Shown piece after piece: positions 42,701 through 53,953 of a stretch of DNA of 64,000 nt (the first letter of the stretch is position 1; each line of letters starts with the position of its first letter). The stretch spans positions 3,172,594 to 3,236,593 of the forward strand of contig NZ_BPIM01000001.1 of NCBI RefSeq assembly GCF_026004115.1. Reading direction: 5' to 3'. Below the pieces are notes generated by a model. The model was not told the origin of the DNA, did not search any database, and saw only the letters and a program-made list of their open reading frames with translations. Source of the DNA: Meiothermus sp. Lineage in GTDB: Bacteria; Deinococcota; Deinococci; Deinococcales; Thermaceae. Both the position numbers and the translations under genes were made by a program.

Positions 42701-43489
42701 ATGCACGCAAAGATGATTTTTTGGCAGGCCCTTACGCCGGTGCACCCCGGCACCGGGCAGGACAGCAGCAGCGTGATTGACCTTCCCGTAGCCCGCGAAG
42801 CGGCCACGGGTTTTCCGGTGATACCGGCCAGCAGCCTTAAGGGGGTGCTGCGCGATGGGCGCGATGATGAGCAAAGCAATAGACTTTTCGGCTCCTTAGA
42901 AAATGCAGCCGAACTGACCCTGACCGATGCCCGCCTCTTGTTGCTGCCGGTGCGCTCGTATGCGGGCACCTTTGCTTTCCTGACCTGCCCGCTGGTGCTC
43001 GAGCGGCTCAAACGCGACCAGAAGGCCTTGGGGCTTCCTGAGCTGAAAGCTCCGATACCGAACCCGGGACAGACCGAAGCTCTCGTACCCAAGAACACTC
43101 AAATTGTGCATGCTAACCAGGTAATCCTCGAGGACATAGACCTGAGTGCCACTGTCGGAGGCGCAGAAGCGCTGGCGCAGGAACTGGGGCAACTGGTCTT
43201 TGGCGCGGAGTCGAGCTACTTTGTGGGGCGCTTTGCATTGGTATCCAACGAAGTGTTCGATTACTTTTGCGAGATGGGCCTCGAGGTCATCGCCCGGGTA
43301 CGCCTGGAAAACGAGAGCAAAACCGTAGCCAACGGCGCTTTGTGGTACGAGGAAGCCATCCCTGCCGAGACGGTGTTCTCGAGCTTCGCCATCGGCAATG
43401 GGTTCGAGGAACTGAACCGGCCCTACATCCAGATAGGCGGCCAGGCCAGTGTGGGCCGGGGGCTGTTGCGGCGGTTGGGGGGTGAGTAG
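42701..43489 (+). CDS. cmr4: Cmr4 (RNA-cleaving backbone RAMP)
   Basis: ALTPVHPGTGQDSSSVIDLPVAREAATGFPVIPASSLKGVLRD is the Cmr4 pattern. Confidence 0.9.
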   Translation: MHAKMIFWQALTPVHPGTGQDSSSVIDLPVAREAATGFPVIPASSLKGVLRDGRDDEQSNRLFGSLENAAELTLTDARLLLLPVRSYAGTFAFLTCPLVLERLKRDQKALGLPELKAPIPNPGQTEALVPKNTQIVHANQVILEDIDLSATVGGAEALAQELGQLVFGAESSYFVGRFALVSNEVFDYFCEMGLEVIARVRLENESKTVANGALWYEEAIPAETVFSSFAIGNGFEELNRPYIQIGGQASVGRGLLRRLGGE

Positions 43490-43491
43490 CC

Positions 43492-43870
43492 ATGTCCCAA
43501 ACACGCAGCCAAAAGGACATGCAGCAGGCGCTGGAGCTGGTGAGCAGCCTCGAGCGGGCCGACCCCGAGGTCAAGCGCATCTACGGCGGCCTCTGCCACA
43601 GCTTCCCGGTGATGGTCCTGCAGAGCGGGCTGTGCCAGGCCGTGGCCTTCAGCGCTGATAAAGCCAGCGGCGACGGTAAGCGGGCCCAGGCGCACCAGCA
43701 TTTGCTTGAGCACCTCGGCGAGATGCTGGGCGTAAGGGGCAAGCTGCTGGAGGCGTTGCAGTCGGCACCCACGCCCCTGTACATGCACCACACCCGGCGG
43801 GTGCTGGAAGCGTGGGTGTACTTCAAGCGCTTTGCGGTAAGCGTACTCGAGGTGCAAGCGGGGGAAGACC

Positions 43871-43881
<11 letters not shown>
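43492..43881 (+). CDS. cmr5: Cmr5 (type III-B small subunit)
   Basis: 129 aa helical protein with the motif IYGGLCHSFPVMVLQSGLCQAVAF, positioned between cmr4 and cmr6. Confidence 0.85.
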
Positions 43882-44841
<960 letters not shown>

Positions 44842-44845
<4 letters not shown>

Positions 44846-45900
44846 GCACTGTCGTCCTCACCACCGTCGGCACCAGCCTGCTCTTCAACGCCCGCCGCGA
44901 GGGCCTGGTAGAAGACCACCAGATTCTGGCTTACCTGAAGCAAGACCCCAAAAAAGCCAGCGCCGAGACCAACTCGCTTTCGCGCATTTTGCAAAAAGGC
45001 GATGAGGTGGTGCTGCTGCACAGCGACACCTTCGAGGGCGCTAACGCCGCAAACTTGCTGAAGCTTTTCTACGAGGAGCAGGGGGTGCCTTGTGGTCGGG
45101 TGCGCATACCCGGCCTGGCCTACGAGGCCCAGGGCTTTGTGGACTTTGGCCTAAAGAACTTTGTGCGCACCCTGGCCGGCGAGATTCGTAAGGCTGCCAA
45201 GGGGCAGAAAGACGTCATCATCAACGCCACCGGGGGCTTCAAGGCCGAGATTTCCTATGCCACCGTGCTGGGGCTGGTGTTCAAGGTTCCGGTCTGCTAT
45301 ATTCACGAGCAGTTCAGGGAAATTGCCATCCTGCCGCCCACGCCCATCGGTTGGGATAGTAGCTTGTTTGTTTTGTATGGCGACTTTTTCGACTGGCTGA
45401 GCGAAGGCGAGGGGGGCGTGCGCCCCAAATCGGAGGTGCAACCCAGGGCAGCTCTGTTGCCCGAAGAAGCACAGGTTTTGCTGGAGGAGTTCGAGCTCGA
45501 CGGAAAGCCTTACGTGGGGCTATCCCCTTTGGGCGAGGCCTACTTCGAGGCCTTTCGGGGTGAACTCGAGCAGGCCCAGACCATCCCCATCTACCTCGCG
45601 CCCAAGGCCAGGCGCACCTGGGAGGGCCTCGAGCCCGCCACCAAAGAGCGCTACCGCAAGCTGCTGGAGCGCCTGCGCCTGCCCAACCGCGCTACCAGCA
45701 GCGAACTCAAAAGCGGCGGAGGCGACGCTCTGGGGTTTCCCAAAGGGCACACGGACGAGCGGGTTTTTTACGCCGAGAAGGACGGTGCGCTGTATGTGTT
45801 CGCCCTCACCCACCACGGCCCGGAGTACGAGCGGATGTGCCAGGAGGGCTTCTACTGGCGTGATTATTCTCCGCAGGATTTCACCCTGCTCGACGAGTGA
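44842..45900 (+). CDS. CARF domain protein with a C-terminal RelE/ParE-like domain (cOA-responsive effector candidate)
   Basis: N-terminal CARF motifs LTTVGTSLL and INATGGFKAE. By eye, the C-terminal roughly 95 aa (IYLAPKARRTWEGLEPATKERYRKLLERL..ERVFYAEKDGALYVFALTHHGPEYERM) align position by position with E. coli RelE. There is an ATGA overlap with cmr6. Confidence 0.7.
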
Positions 45901-45927
45901 AGCCCCCAAAGCCTGTCCGGAGGCTTT

Positions 45928-46584
45928 ATGGACGAGACGGACGACCTATTCCCCCCAATAGACCCGCCCAGCCCCGCCGAGCGGGAGCCCCTACCCCTGA
46001 GCGCCCTGGCCCAGTACACCTACTGCCCCCGCCGGGCCGCGCTGATACTGCTGGAGGGCGAGTGGGAGGACAACGAGTACACCCTGCGCGGAACCCGCGC
46101 CCACGAGAATGTGGACATTCCCGAAGGGCTCTTGCGCGAGGGGGTCTGGGTCGAGCGGGCCTTGCCCATCTGGTCGGAGCGGCTGGGGCTTTCAGGCCGG
46201 GCCGATGTGGTGGAGTTTGTGAACGGGGTGCCCTACCCGGTGGAGTACAAGGTGGGCCAGCGGTGGCCCCGCGAACTGGCCCGCAAAGCTGCCGAGGTAC
46301 AGCTCTGCGCTCAGGCCTTGTGTCTGGAGGAGATGTTCGGCCAGAGCGTACCCGCCGGGGCTTTGTTTAGCAAGGCCAGCCAGCGCCGCCGGGAAGTCCT
46401 GTTTACCCCGGAGTTGCGGGCCGCTACCCTGGCCACCCTCAGCGCCCTGCGCAAGCTTTTGCGTCAGGAACGCTTGCCCCCGCCCGCAGCAGACGAACGC
46501 TGCCGCCACTGCTCCCTTCATGCGGTGTGCATGCCCGAGGTGCCCCAGGCGTTGGTGCATTTCCTCAGCCACAACCAGCCATGA
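45928..46584 (+). CDS. cas4: Cas4 (RecB-like nuclease with Fe-S cluster)
   Basis: YTYCPRR at the N-terminal Cys and C-terminal CRHCSLHAVC. Confidence 0.9.
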   Translation: MDETDDLFPPIDPPSPAEREPLPLSALAQYTYCPRRAALILLEGEWEDNEYTLRGTRAHENVDIPEGLLREGVWVERALPIWSERLGLSGRADVVEFVNGVPYPVEYKVGQRWPRELARKAAEVQLCAQALCLEEMFGQSVPAGALFSKASQRRREVLFTPELRAATLATLSALRKLLRQERLPPPAADERCRHCSLHAVCMPEVPQALVHFLSHNQP

Positions 46585-47600
46585 CTACCGAGCTGCTCAA
46601 TACCCTCTACATTCAGACCCAAGGCGTATACCTGCGCCTCGAGAGCGACACCCTGCGCATCCAGCATGAGGACGTAACCCTGCGCCATGTCCCGCTGCAC
46701 CACCTGGGGGGCTTGGCGCTTTTTGGCAACGTGCTGGTTTCGCCCTTTTTGCTCCACCGCTGCGCCGAGGAGGGCCTCGAGGTCGCCTGGTTTAGCGAGT
46801 CGGGCCGCTTTCAGGGGCGGCTGGCAGGGCCGGTCTCGGGGAATGTGCTGCTGCGGCGGGCTCAGTACCGGGCCCTGGATAACCCTTCGACCTGCTTGTA
46901 CCTGGCCGCGCGCTTTGTGGAGGGCAAGCTTAAGAACGCTCGCCTGGTGCTACAGCGAGCCGTGCGCGAGCGGGGCGAAACCGAGGCTCTGAATCAAGCA
47001 CTTTTTGAACACGAAGCGGCCCTGCGCCAGCTTCCCCAAGCCCGAACGGTGGACGAGGTGCGGGGCCTCGAGGGACAGGCGGCCAGCGCCTATTTCGCGG
47101 CTTTTGGCGATCTGTTGCTCTCGGGCGAGTTCCGCTTTGAAGGGCGCAACAAACGCCCCCCGCGCGACCCCGTAAATGCCCTGCTGGGCTTTGTGTATGC
47201 CCTGCTCACCACCCAGTGCACCGCCGCCCTGGAAGGGGTAGGGCTCGACCCCCAGGTGGGCTTTCTGCATGCCCTGCGACCCGGTCGCAACGCCTTGGCC
47301 CTGGACTTAATCGAGGAGTTTAGAGCCTGGTGGGCCGACCGGCTGGTGCTTTCGATGATCAACCGCAAGCAGCTCTCTCCCGAGCACTTCGAGGAGCGCC
47401 CCGGCGGTGCGGTTTTGCTGAGTGAGGAAGGGCGAAAGGCGGTTATCGTGGCCTTTCAGGGCCGCAGGCAGGAAACCCTACAGCACCCTTTGTTCAAAGA
47501 GCCCGTACCCATCGGGTTGCTGCCCCACATCCAGGCCCGCCTGCTGGCCCGCTACCTGCGGGGCGACCTGCCCGAGTACCCCCCGTTTGTAGGAAGGTAG
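46581..47600 (+). CDS. cas1: Cas1 integrase
   Basis: TLYIQTQGVYLRLESDTL...NALLGFVYALL...GFLHALRPGRNALALDLIEEFR. ATGA overlap with cas4. Confidence 0.95.
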   Translation: MTTELLNTLYIQTQGVYLRLESDTLRIQHEDVTLRHVPLHHLGGLALFGNVLVSPFLLHRCAEEGLEVAWFSESGRFQGRLAGPVSGNVLLRRAQYRALDNPSTCLYLAARFVEGKLKNARLVLQRAVRERGETEALNQALFEHEAALRQLPQARTVDEVRGLEGQAASAYFAAFGDLLLSGEFRFEGRNKRPPRDPVNALLGFVYALLTTQCTAALEGVGLDPQVGFLHALRPGRNALALDLIEEFRAWWADRLVLSMINRKQLSPEHFEERPGGAVLLSEEGRKAVIVAFQGRRQETLQHPLFKEPVPIGLLPHIQARLLARYLRGDLPEYPPFVGR

Positions 47601-47602
47601 AT

Positions 47603-47902
47603 ATGGAGCGGCTGGATATTCTGGTTACCTACGATGTCAACGTAACCTCCGCAGACGGCCAGACCCGCTTGGCCCGGGTCGCCAAGGTCTGCAAGAACTT
47701 TGGTCAGCGGGTGCAGATGTCGGTGTTTGAGTGCCGCGTGACGCGGGCTCAGCTCGAGGACATGGAGGCCAAACTACTCAAAATCATCGAGCCCGACAAA
47801 GACAGCCTGCGCATCTACACCCTGCCCGGAGGCCGGGAGAAGTGCTTGCGGGTACACGGCCAGGACAAGTACACCGACTTCGACGACCCCTTGGTGGTCT
47901 AG
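47603..47902 (+). CDS. cas2: Cas2
   Basis: 99 aa with VTYDV...RVAKVCKNFGQRVQMSVFEC. Confidence 0.9.
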   Translation: MERLDILVTYDVNVTSADGQTRLARVAKVCKNFGQRVQMSVFECRVTRAQLEDMEAKLLKIIEPDKDSLRIYTLPGGREKCLRVHGQDKYTDFDDPLVV

Positions 47903-48103
47903 GCCACCCTGGCACTTGCTTTGCGCGAACCCCAAGCAAGTGCCAAAACCCGGGGGGGTTCGCGCAAGCCGAGAAATCGGCTAGGGGACATTGAAAACCT
48001 GTTTTCCCTTCACCTTGCCCCACCCTGCGCCGGAACCCTTTTCAGGGGGGTTCGCGCAAACGGCCTCTTGAGCTTTGTCCAGCACGCACGCTAGAATGAG
48101 GCC
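47903..48103 (+). promoter_or_regulatory. CRISPR leader (201 bp) with a candidate promoter TTGAGC-N18-TAGAAT (48068-48097) and repeated motifs
   Basis: It lies between the cas2 stop and the first repeat. Degenerate repeats are at the far end of the array, so this end is the leader. The -10 element ends 6 nt before repeat 1. Confidence 0.6.
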
Positions 48104-51100
48104 GTTGCACTCGGGCGAAAGCTCGAGTGAGGATTGAAACCCTGATCCGCGATGCGCTGCGCTTCCGCCGAGTCGTTGCACTCGGGCGAAAGCTCGAGTG
48201 AGGATTGAAACCTGGCAGGCCTTGGAGCAATGCTTGGAGTCCCTGGTTGCACTCGGGCGAAAGCTCGAGTGAGGATTGAAACCTGGCCGACCAGCCGCGC
48301 GATCATCCGCTCGGCGTGTTGCACTCGGGCGAAAGCTCGAGTGAGGATTGAAACTGGTAGGTCGAAGGGTATATCTTTACGCGGATGGGTTGCACTCGGG
48401 CGAAAGCTCGAGTGAGGATTGAAACACAGAAGTGCCACAAATAGCGTCCAGGACAACAAGTTGCACTCGGGCGAAAGCTCGAGTGAGGATTGAAACGTGC
48501 CGTGTGCTCAGTAAGCATTTCCTCTAAAGCGTTGCACTCGGGCGAAAGCTCGAGTGAGGATTGAAACACATAAACGTACAACCCACGGCCCACTCGAACC
48601 ACAAGTTGCACTCGGGCGAAAGCTCGAGTGAGGATTGAAACCTCGAGGACGATAGCCCAGAGGGGCTTCGCACCAACGGTTGCACTCGGGCGAAAGCTCG
48701 AGTGAGGATTGAAACAGCTTATCGATGGCCTCCTGGGGGCTGCGCCCGCGGTTGCACTCGGGCGAAAGCTCGAGTGAGGATTGAAACGGCCGTTATCTGT
48801 CGGGCTATGACGACTGGATAGCGTTGCACTCGGGCGAAAGCTCGAGTGAGGATTGAAACACCTGCATCCCTATGTTGAACAAAAATTCTTTAAGTGTTGC
48901 ACTCGGGCGAAAGCTCGAGTGAGGATTGAAACGCAAGCCTCACAGGTGGTATAGCGTGCGTTGTAGCAGTTGCACTCGGGCGAAAGCTCGAGTGAGGATT
49001 GAAACTCGTAGCCCAGGAACAGCCGCCGGTCGTACTCAAGTTGCACTCGGGCGAAAGCTCGAGTGAGGATTGAAACCCGCACCAGCCAATCGTCATCCGA
49101 TACTAGCCGCCAGTTGCACTCGGGCGAAAGCTCGAGTGAGGATTGAAACTTGAACTGAAACAATATTGTTTTCTCTGCCCAAAGTTGCACTCGGGCGAAA
49201 GCTCGAGTGAGGATTGAAACTGCTAACGCGCAGACATTCACGATCTGCGCAAACGTTGCACTCGGGCGAAAGCTCGAGTGAGGATTGAAACAGCGCCGCT
49301 AAGGGAGAATCGGCAGCCATGTTCATGTTGCACTCGGGCGAAAGCTCGAGTGAGGATTGAAACTTCTTTAGGGCGAATCATACCATTAGAATATTTTGTT
49401 GCACTCGGGCGAAAGCTCGAGTGAGGATTGAAACAGAGATGGGCTCCACGGGAATGACTACCTTATTATCGTTGCACTCGGGCGAAAGCTCGAGTGAGGA
49501 TTGAAACCTTCGAGGGGTTCTACAGGTATTACTACCTTGTTATGTTGCACTCGGGCGAAAGCTCGAGTGAGGATTGAAACCCCTGCTGGATGGCGTCGTT
49601 GAGCAACGCCACCACCGGTTGCACTCGGGCGAAAGCTCGAGTGAGGATTGAAACGCGAGAGATGCACTAATGCTCGAGTCATACTCACCGTTGCACTCGG
49701 GCGAAAGCTCGAGTGAGGATTGAAACTCCTCACCGGGGAGGACATCCCCCAGGGCTGGGCGCGTTGCACTCGGGCGAAAGCTCGAGTGAGGATTGAAACT
49801 ATAGCTGTTCCAGCTTCTTCAGTACTTCCAGATCCGTTGCACTCGGGCGAAAGCTCGAGTGAGGATTGAAACGAGTGCGAGGGGCGGCTCATAGAGGTAA
49901 AGGCCGCGTTGCACTCGGGCGAAAGCTCGAGTGAGGATTGAAACTATGCGTTTAGCGTTTAGGCGTTTAGGCGCGTATACGTTGCACTCGGGCGAAAGCT
50001 CGAGTGAGGATTGAAACGCGAGAGATGCACTAATGCTCGAGTCATACTCACCGTTGCACTCGGGCGAAAGCTCGAGTGAGGATTGAAACCATCAGGAATG
50101 AAATAAACTGTATAAACATCATCTGTTGCACTCGGGCGAAAGCTCGAGTGAGGATTGAAACAGGAGAACGCCCTTGTAGAGGCTTTCCTTTTCCTCGTTG
50201 CACTCGGGCGAAAGCTCGAGTGAGGATTGAAACTAGCCATTAGGATTGACAACGATTTGGCTTGGAGGATGTTGCACTCGGGCGAAAGCTCGAGTGAGGA
50301 TTGAAACAGCCAAAAAATATCTTTCGAATTCAATTAACTGTACGTTGCACTCGGGCGAAAGCTCGAGTGAGGATTGAAACGTGCATAAAATGCACAATGT
50401 CTTCAGCCAGAGATAGTTGCACTCGGGCGAAAGCTCGAGTGAGGATTGAAACTTCTAATTTATTTCCAGTAGCAATAAAATGAAGGTTGCACTCGGGCGA
50501 AAGCTCGAGTGAGGATTGAAACTCGACGACGGCGAGAAATCCCGCGGGCCCCATCCCGTTGCACTCGGGCGAAAGCTCGAGTGAGGATTGAAACCCGAAC
50601 GAGAAAAAAGCTGTTGGGAGAAATCTCGCGTTGCACTCGGGCGAAAGCTCGAGTGAGGATTGAAACGCTAAACAACGACACCACATTATTCAGAAGGGCG
50701 TGTTGCACTCGGGCGAAAGCTCGAGTGAGGATTGAAACAGGCATCCCATACAGCCGTACGTCCGTAGGCGACCCGTTGCACTCGGGCGAAAGCTCGAGTG
50801 AGGATTGAAACCGACTCCCGCGACGAGGAGCGGGTGCGCGCCCTCGTTGCACTCGGGCGAAAGCTCGAGTGAGGATTGAAACCCCGAACGCCTCGCTAAA
50901 ATACGGCAGCCCGGCTAGTTGCACTCGGGCGAAAGCTCGAGTGAGGATTGAAACATCGCGGGCAGGTCTGTATCGTACCCCCAGCCCAGTTGCACTCGGG
51001 CGAAAGCTCGAGTGAGGATTGAAACTCGCCGTCGCAACCATCTGGGCTGGGCCTTTGAGTTGCACTCGGGCGAAAGCTCGAGTGAGGATTGAAACGGCGG

Positions 51101-52319
51101 TCAAAGGGCGGGCAGGCGGCAACATCAAGCGTTGCACTCGGGCGAAAGCTCGAGTGAGGATTGAAACGCCAGGCGAGTCAAGATTCTCTGGGAGTCCGTA
51201 GCATGTTGCACTCGGGCGAAAGCTCGAGTGAGGATTGAAACGCACTCCCCACATTCCAGGCCCCAGTAGGCCACGTTGCACTCGGGCGAAAGCTCGAGTG
51301 AGGATTGAAACGTTGCGGGCTTCGCCGTTGCCTGGGGGATCCAACCGTTGCACTCGGGCGAAAGCTCGAGTGAGGATTGAAACGAACAGTTCCGACCTGA
51401 AGTGTAGCAGGTCTTCCTGTTGCACTCGGGCGAAAGCTCGAGTGAGGATTGAAACTTTGACCTGGCTTACCGCTACCTCAATCCTGGCTCGTTGCACTCG
51501 GGCGAAAGCTCGAGTGAGGATTGAAACTCAAAGGCCCCGCGGAACTTGAATGCCCCGTGGGCGTTGCACTCGGGCGAAAGCTCGAGTGAGGATTGAAACC
51601 TTCAAATCGACTAGGAAAACGTAGGAAAACGGAGGGTTGCACTCGGGCGAAAGCTCGAGTGAGGATTGAAACAAGCACCACCAGCGAAGACATCCTGATT
51701 GCCCGTCTTGTTGCACTCGGGCGAAAGCTCGAGTGAGGATTGAAACAGACCACACCCCCGCTGGCGGGGTGCGGTATTCCACGTTGCACTCGGGCGAAAG
51801 CTCGAGTGAGGATTGAAACAATTCAATCTCTATTTGGCTATTTTCCACCGGAAGTTGCACTCGGGCGAAAGCTCGAGTGAGGATTGAAACTTACGCGGAT
51901 GCGGGCAATGTTTTGCCCGTTCCGGCGTTGCACTCGGGCGAAAGCTCGAGTGAGGATTGAAACCGATGGTCGCGAGGGCTTGCGGGCCCGTGTGGAGGTT
52001 GCACTCGGGCGAAAGCTCGAGTGAGGATTGAAACTGGAGCGAGGGCGGCAGCACGTCCTGGGTCGAAGGTTGCACTCGGGCGAAAGCTCGTGTGAGGATT
52101 GAAACCTACGCGCCTTGTTGCTAGGAAGTTTACGCCGTCGTTGCACTCGGGCGAAAGCTCGAGTGAGGATTGAAACATTCCTGAACCTATGGGACAGGCC
52201 CGCCTCGAGTGGTTGCACTCGGGCGAAAGTTCGAGTGAGGATTGAAACAGAAAATCATCCAGAATTTCCTGCACGGCTTTTTGTTGCACTCGGGCGAAAG
52301 CTCGAGTGCCGAACAATAG
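48104..52319 (+). CRISPR. CRISPR array: 59 repeats of 37 bp (GTTGCACTCGGGCGAAAGCTCGAGTGAGGATTGAAAC) and 58 spacers of 33-37 bp
   Basis: Every unit was hand-indexed. Repeat 56 carries A>T at 52091 and repeat 58 carries C>T at 52230. The last repeat (52283-) matches only its first 26 nt. The repeat ends in ATTGAAAC on the same strand as the cas genes. Confidence 0.98.
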
Positions 52320-52324
52320 CAAAA

Positions 52325-53833
52325 CTACTCTTCGTCGGTGGATTCGTCGGTCTCGGCCACTTCTTTTCGTGGTTTGAGCAGGGGGAACAAAATCACATCG
52401 CGGATGCTGTTCTGGTTGGTAAGCACCATGGCCAGCCGGTCTATGCCCAGGCCCATCCCGGCAGCAGGGGGCATACCGTACTCCAGGGCCAGCAAAAAGT
52501 CTTCGTCGATCTCGGGTTCTTCGTCGTCGCCGGCCTCGCGGCGCTTGGCCTGTTCCTGGAAGCGGGCGCGTTGGTCGAGGGCATCGTTGAGCTCGGAGTA
52601 GATGGGCGAAATTTCGAATCCGGCCACAAACAAGTCGGCCCGCTCGGTCAGGTGGGGCTTGCTGGGGTCGCGGTGGCGCTTGACCAGGGGGCTAATGGCC
52701 AGGGGCACGTCCAGCACGTAGGTGGGCTGAATCAGGGTATGTTCTACGTAGTGCCCAAAAAGCTTGTCCAGCAGCTTGTAGCTCGGCACACTACGCAGCT
52801 CGGGGTGCTTTTGGTCGGCCCAGGCCCGCAGTCGCTCTAAGTCGGTGGGGTCGAAATCCAGGCCCGCTTTTTCTTTGAGTGTGGAGGTAAAGTCTATGCG
52901 GCGGAAGGGCTTGGCGAAGTTAATAAGATGCTCGCCATAGCGCACCTCGGTGGTGCCGAATAGGTGCTGCACCAGACCCGAGAGCAGGTCTTCGATGAGG
53001 GCCATCATGTCCTGGTAGTCGGCATAGGCCCAGTAGGCTTCCAGCATGGTGAACTCGGGGTTGTGCTTGACCGAGATGCCCTCGTTGCGGTAGTTGCGGC
53101 CAATCTCGAAGACCTTTTCAAAACCGCCCACCAGCAGGCGCTTGAGGTGCAGCTCGAGGGCAATTCGCAGGTTGAACTCGTGGTCGAGGGCGTTGTGGAA
53201 GGTTTTGAAGGGCTTGGCCTCGGTGCCGCCCGCAATGGCCTGAAGGGTGGGGCCCTCTACTTCCAGAAAACCTTGCTGGTCGAAGAAATCGCGAATGTAG
53301 CGCACCATGCGGCTGCGAATGCGAAAAACCTCGCGCACTTCGGGGTTCTGGATCAAGTCCAGGTAGCGCTGGCGGTAGCGGGTCTCCACATCGCGGATGC
53401 CGTGCCATTTATCCGGCAGGGGATGCAGCGACTTGACCAGAGGGGTAAACTTTTGGACCTTGACGGTAATCTCGCCGGTCCTGGTGGTGAATACCGTCCC
53501 CTCCACACCCACAATGTCGCCAATATCGAGCTTCTTGATCAGGTCGTAGTGCTCGGTCAGGTCGCGGGCCAGGTAGAGCTGAATGCGTCCACTCTGGTCT
53601 TGCAGGTGGGCAAAGCTGGCCTTGCCCATGTGCCGGAAGGTCATCAGGCGGCCGGCTACCCGCACCCGCTCGTCGGGCCACTCCTCTTGCGGCCCGGCCC
53701 CGGCGTGGGCGGCTAAAATCTGGGCAGCATCGTGGGTCTTGGGGAAGCGGTAGGGGAAGCGCTCAAAGCCAGCCTGTGCGAGGGCCTCGAGGTTGGCTAA
53801 GCGTTGTTGGGTCTGTTCAGTGTATTCAGGCAT
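52325..53833 (-). CDS. lysS: Lysyl-tRNA synthetase, class II
   Basis: Class II motifs and an OB-fold N-terminus ([22 protein letters not shown]). Start chosen at MPEYTEQ rather than the track start at 53905. Confidence 0.9.
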   Translation of the reverse strand: MPEYTEQTQQRLANLEALAQAGFERFPYRFPKTHDAAQILAAHAGAGPQEEWPDERVRVAGRLMTFRHMGKASFAHLQDQSGRIQLYLARDLTEHYDLIKKLDIGDIVGVEGTVFTTRTGEITVKVQKFTPLVKSLHPLPDKWHGIRDVETRYRQRYLDLIQNPEVREVFRIRSRMVRYIRDFFDQQGFLEVEGPTLQAIAGGTEAKPFKTFHNALDHEFNLRIALELHLKRLLVGGFEKVFEIGRNYRNEGISVKHNPEFTMLEAYWAYADYQDMMALIEDLLSGLVQHLFGTTEVRYGEHLINFAKPFRRIDFTSTLKEKAGLDFDPTDLERLRAWADQKHPELRSVPSYKLLDKLFGHYVEHTLIQPTYVLDVPLAISPLVKRHRDPSKPHLTERADLFVAGFEISPIYSELNDALDQRARFQEQAKRREAGDDEEPEIDEDFLLALEYGMPPAAGMGLGIDRLAMVLTNQNSIRDVILFPLLKPRKEVAETDESTDEE

Positions 53834-53903
53834 AAGTCCATCCAGCGTATAGAGTCTAGGCCCCAGGGCCGAAGGTTGTCGAGGGTTGGGGGGCGAACTA
53901 TAC

Positions 53904-53937
53904 AAAAAAACGCCTTTGGCTCCTGGCCTCGGGCGTT
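53904..53937 (-). terminator. Intrinsic terminator after greA
   Basis: Minus strand AACGCC-loop-GGCGTT followed by T7, 17 nt after the greA stop. Confidence 0.65.
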
Positions 53938-53953
53938 CTGGCGGGTGGGGCGG

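Noticed and set aside
48355-51926. The spacer 4 3' end (TTACGCGGATGG) and the spacer 53 5' end (TTACGCGGATGC) share 11 nt, hinting at overlapping protospacers.
   Set aside because: By rough estimate, an 11-mer shared between some pair among 58 spacers is close to chance expectation. There is no further similarity.
48042-52322. Dozens of 60-345 aa ORFs on both strands across the array, with recurring peptides such as SILTRAFARVQ, FNPHSSFRPSAT and FQSSLELSPECN.
   Set aside because: They are translations of the 37 bp CRISPR repeat in different frames, not genes.
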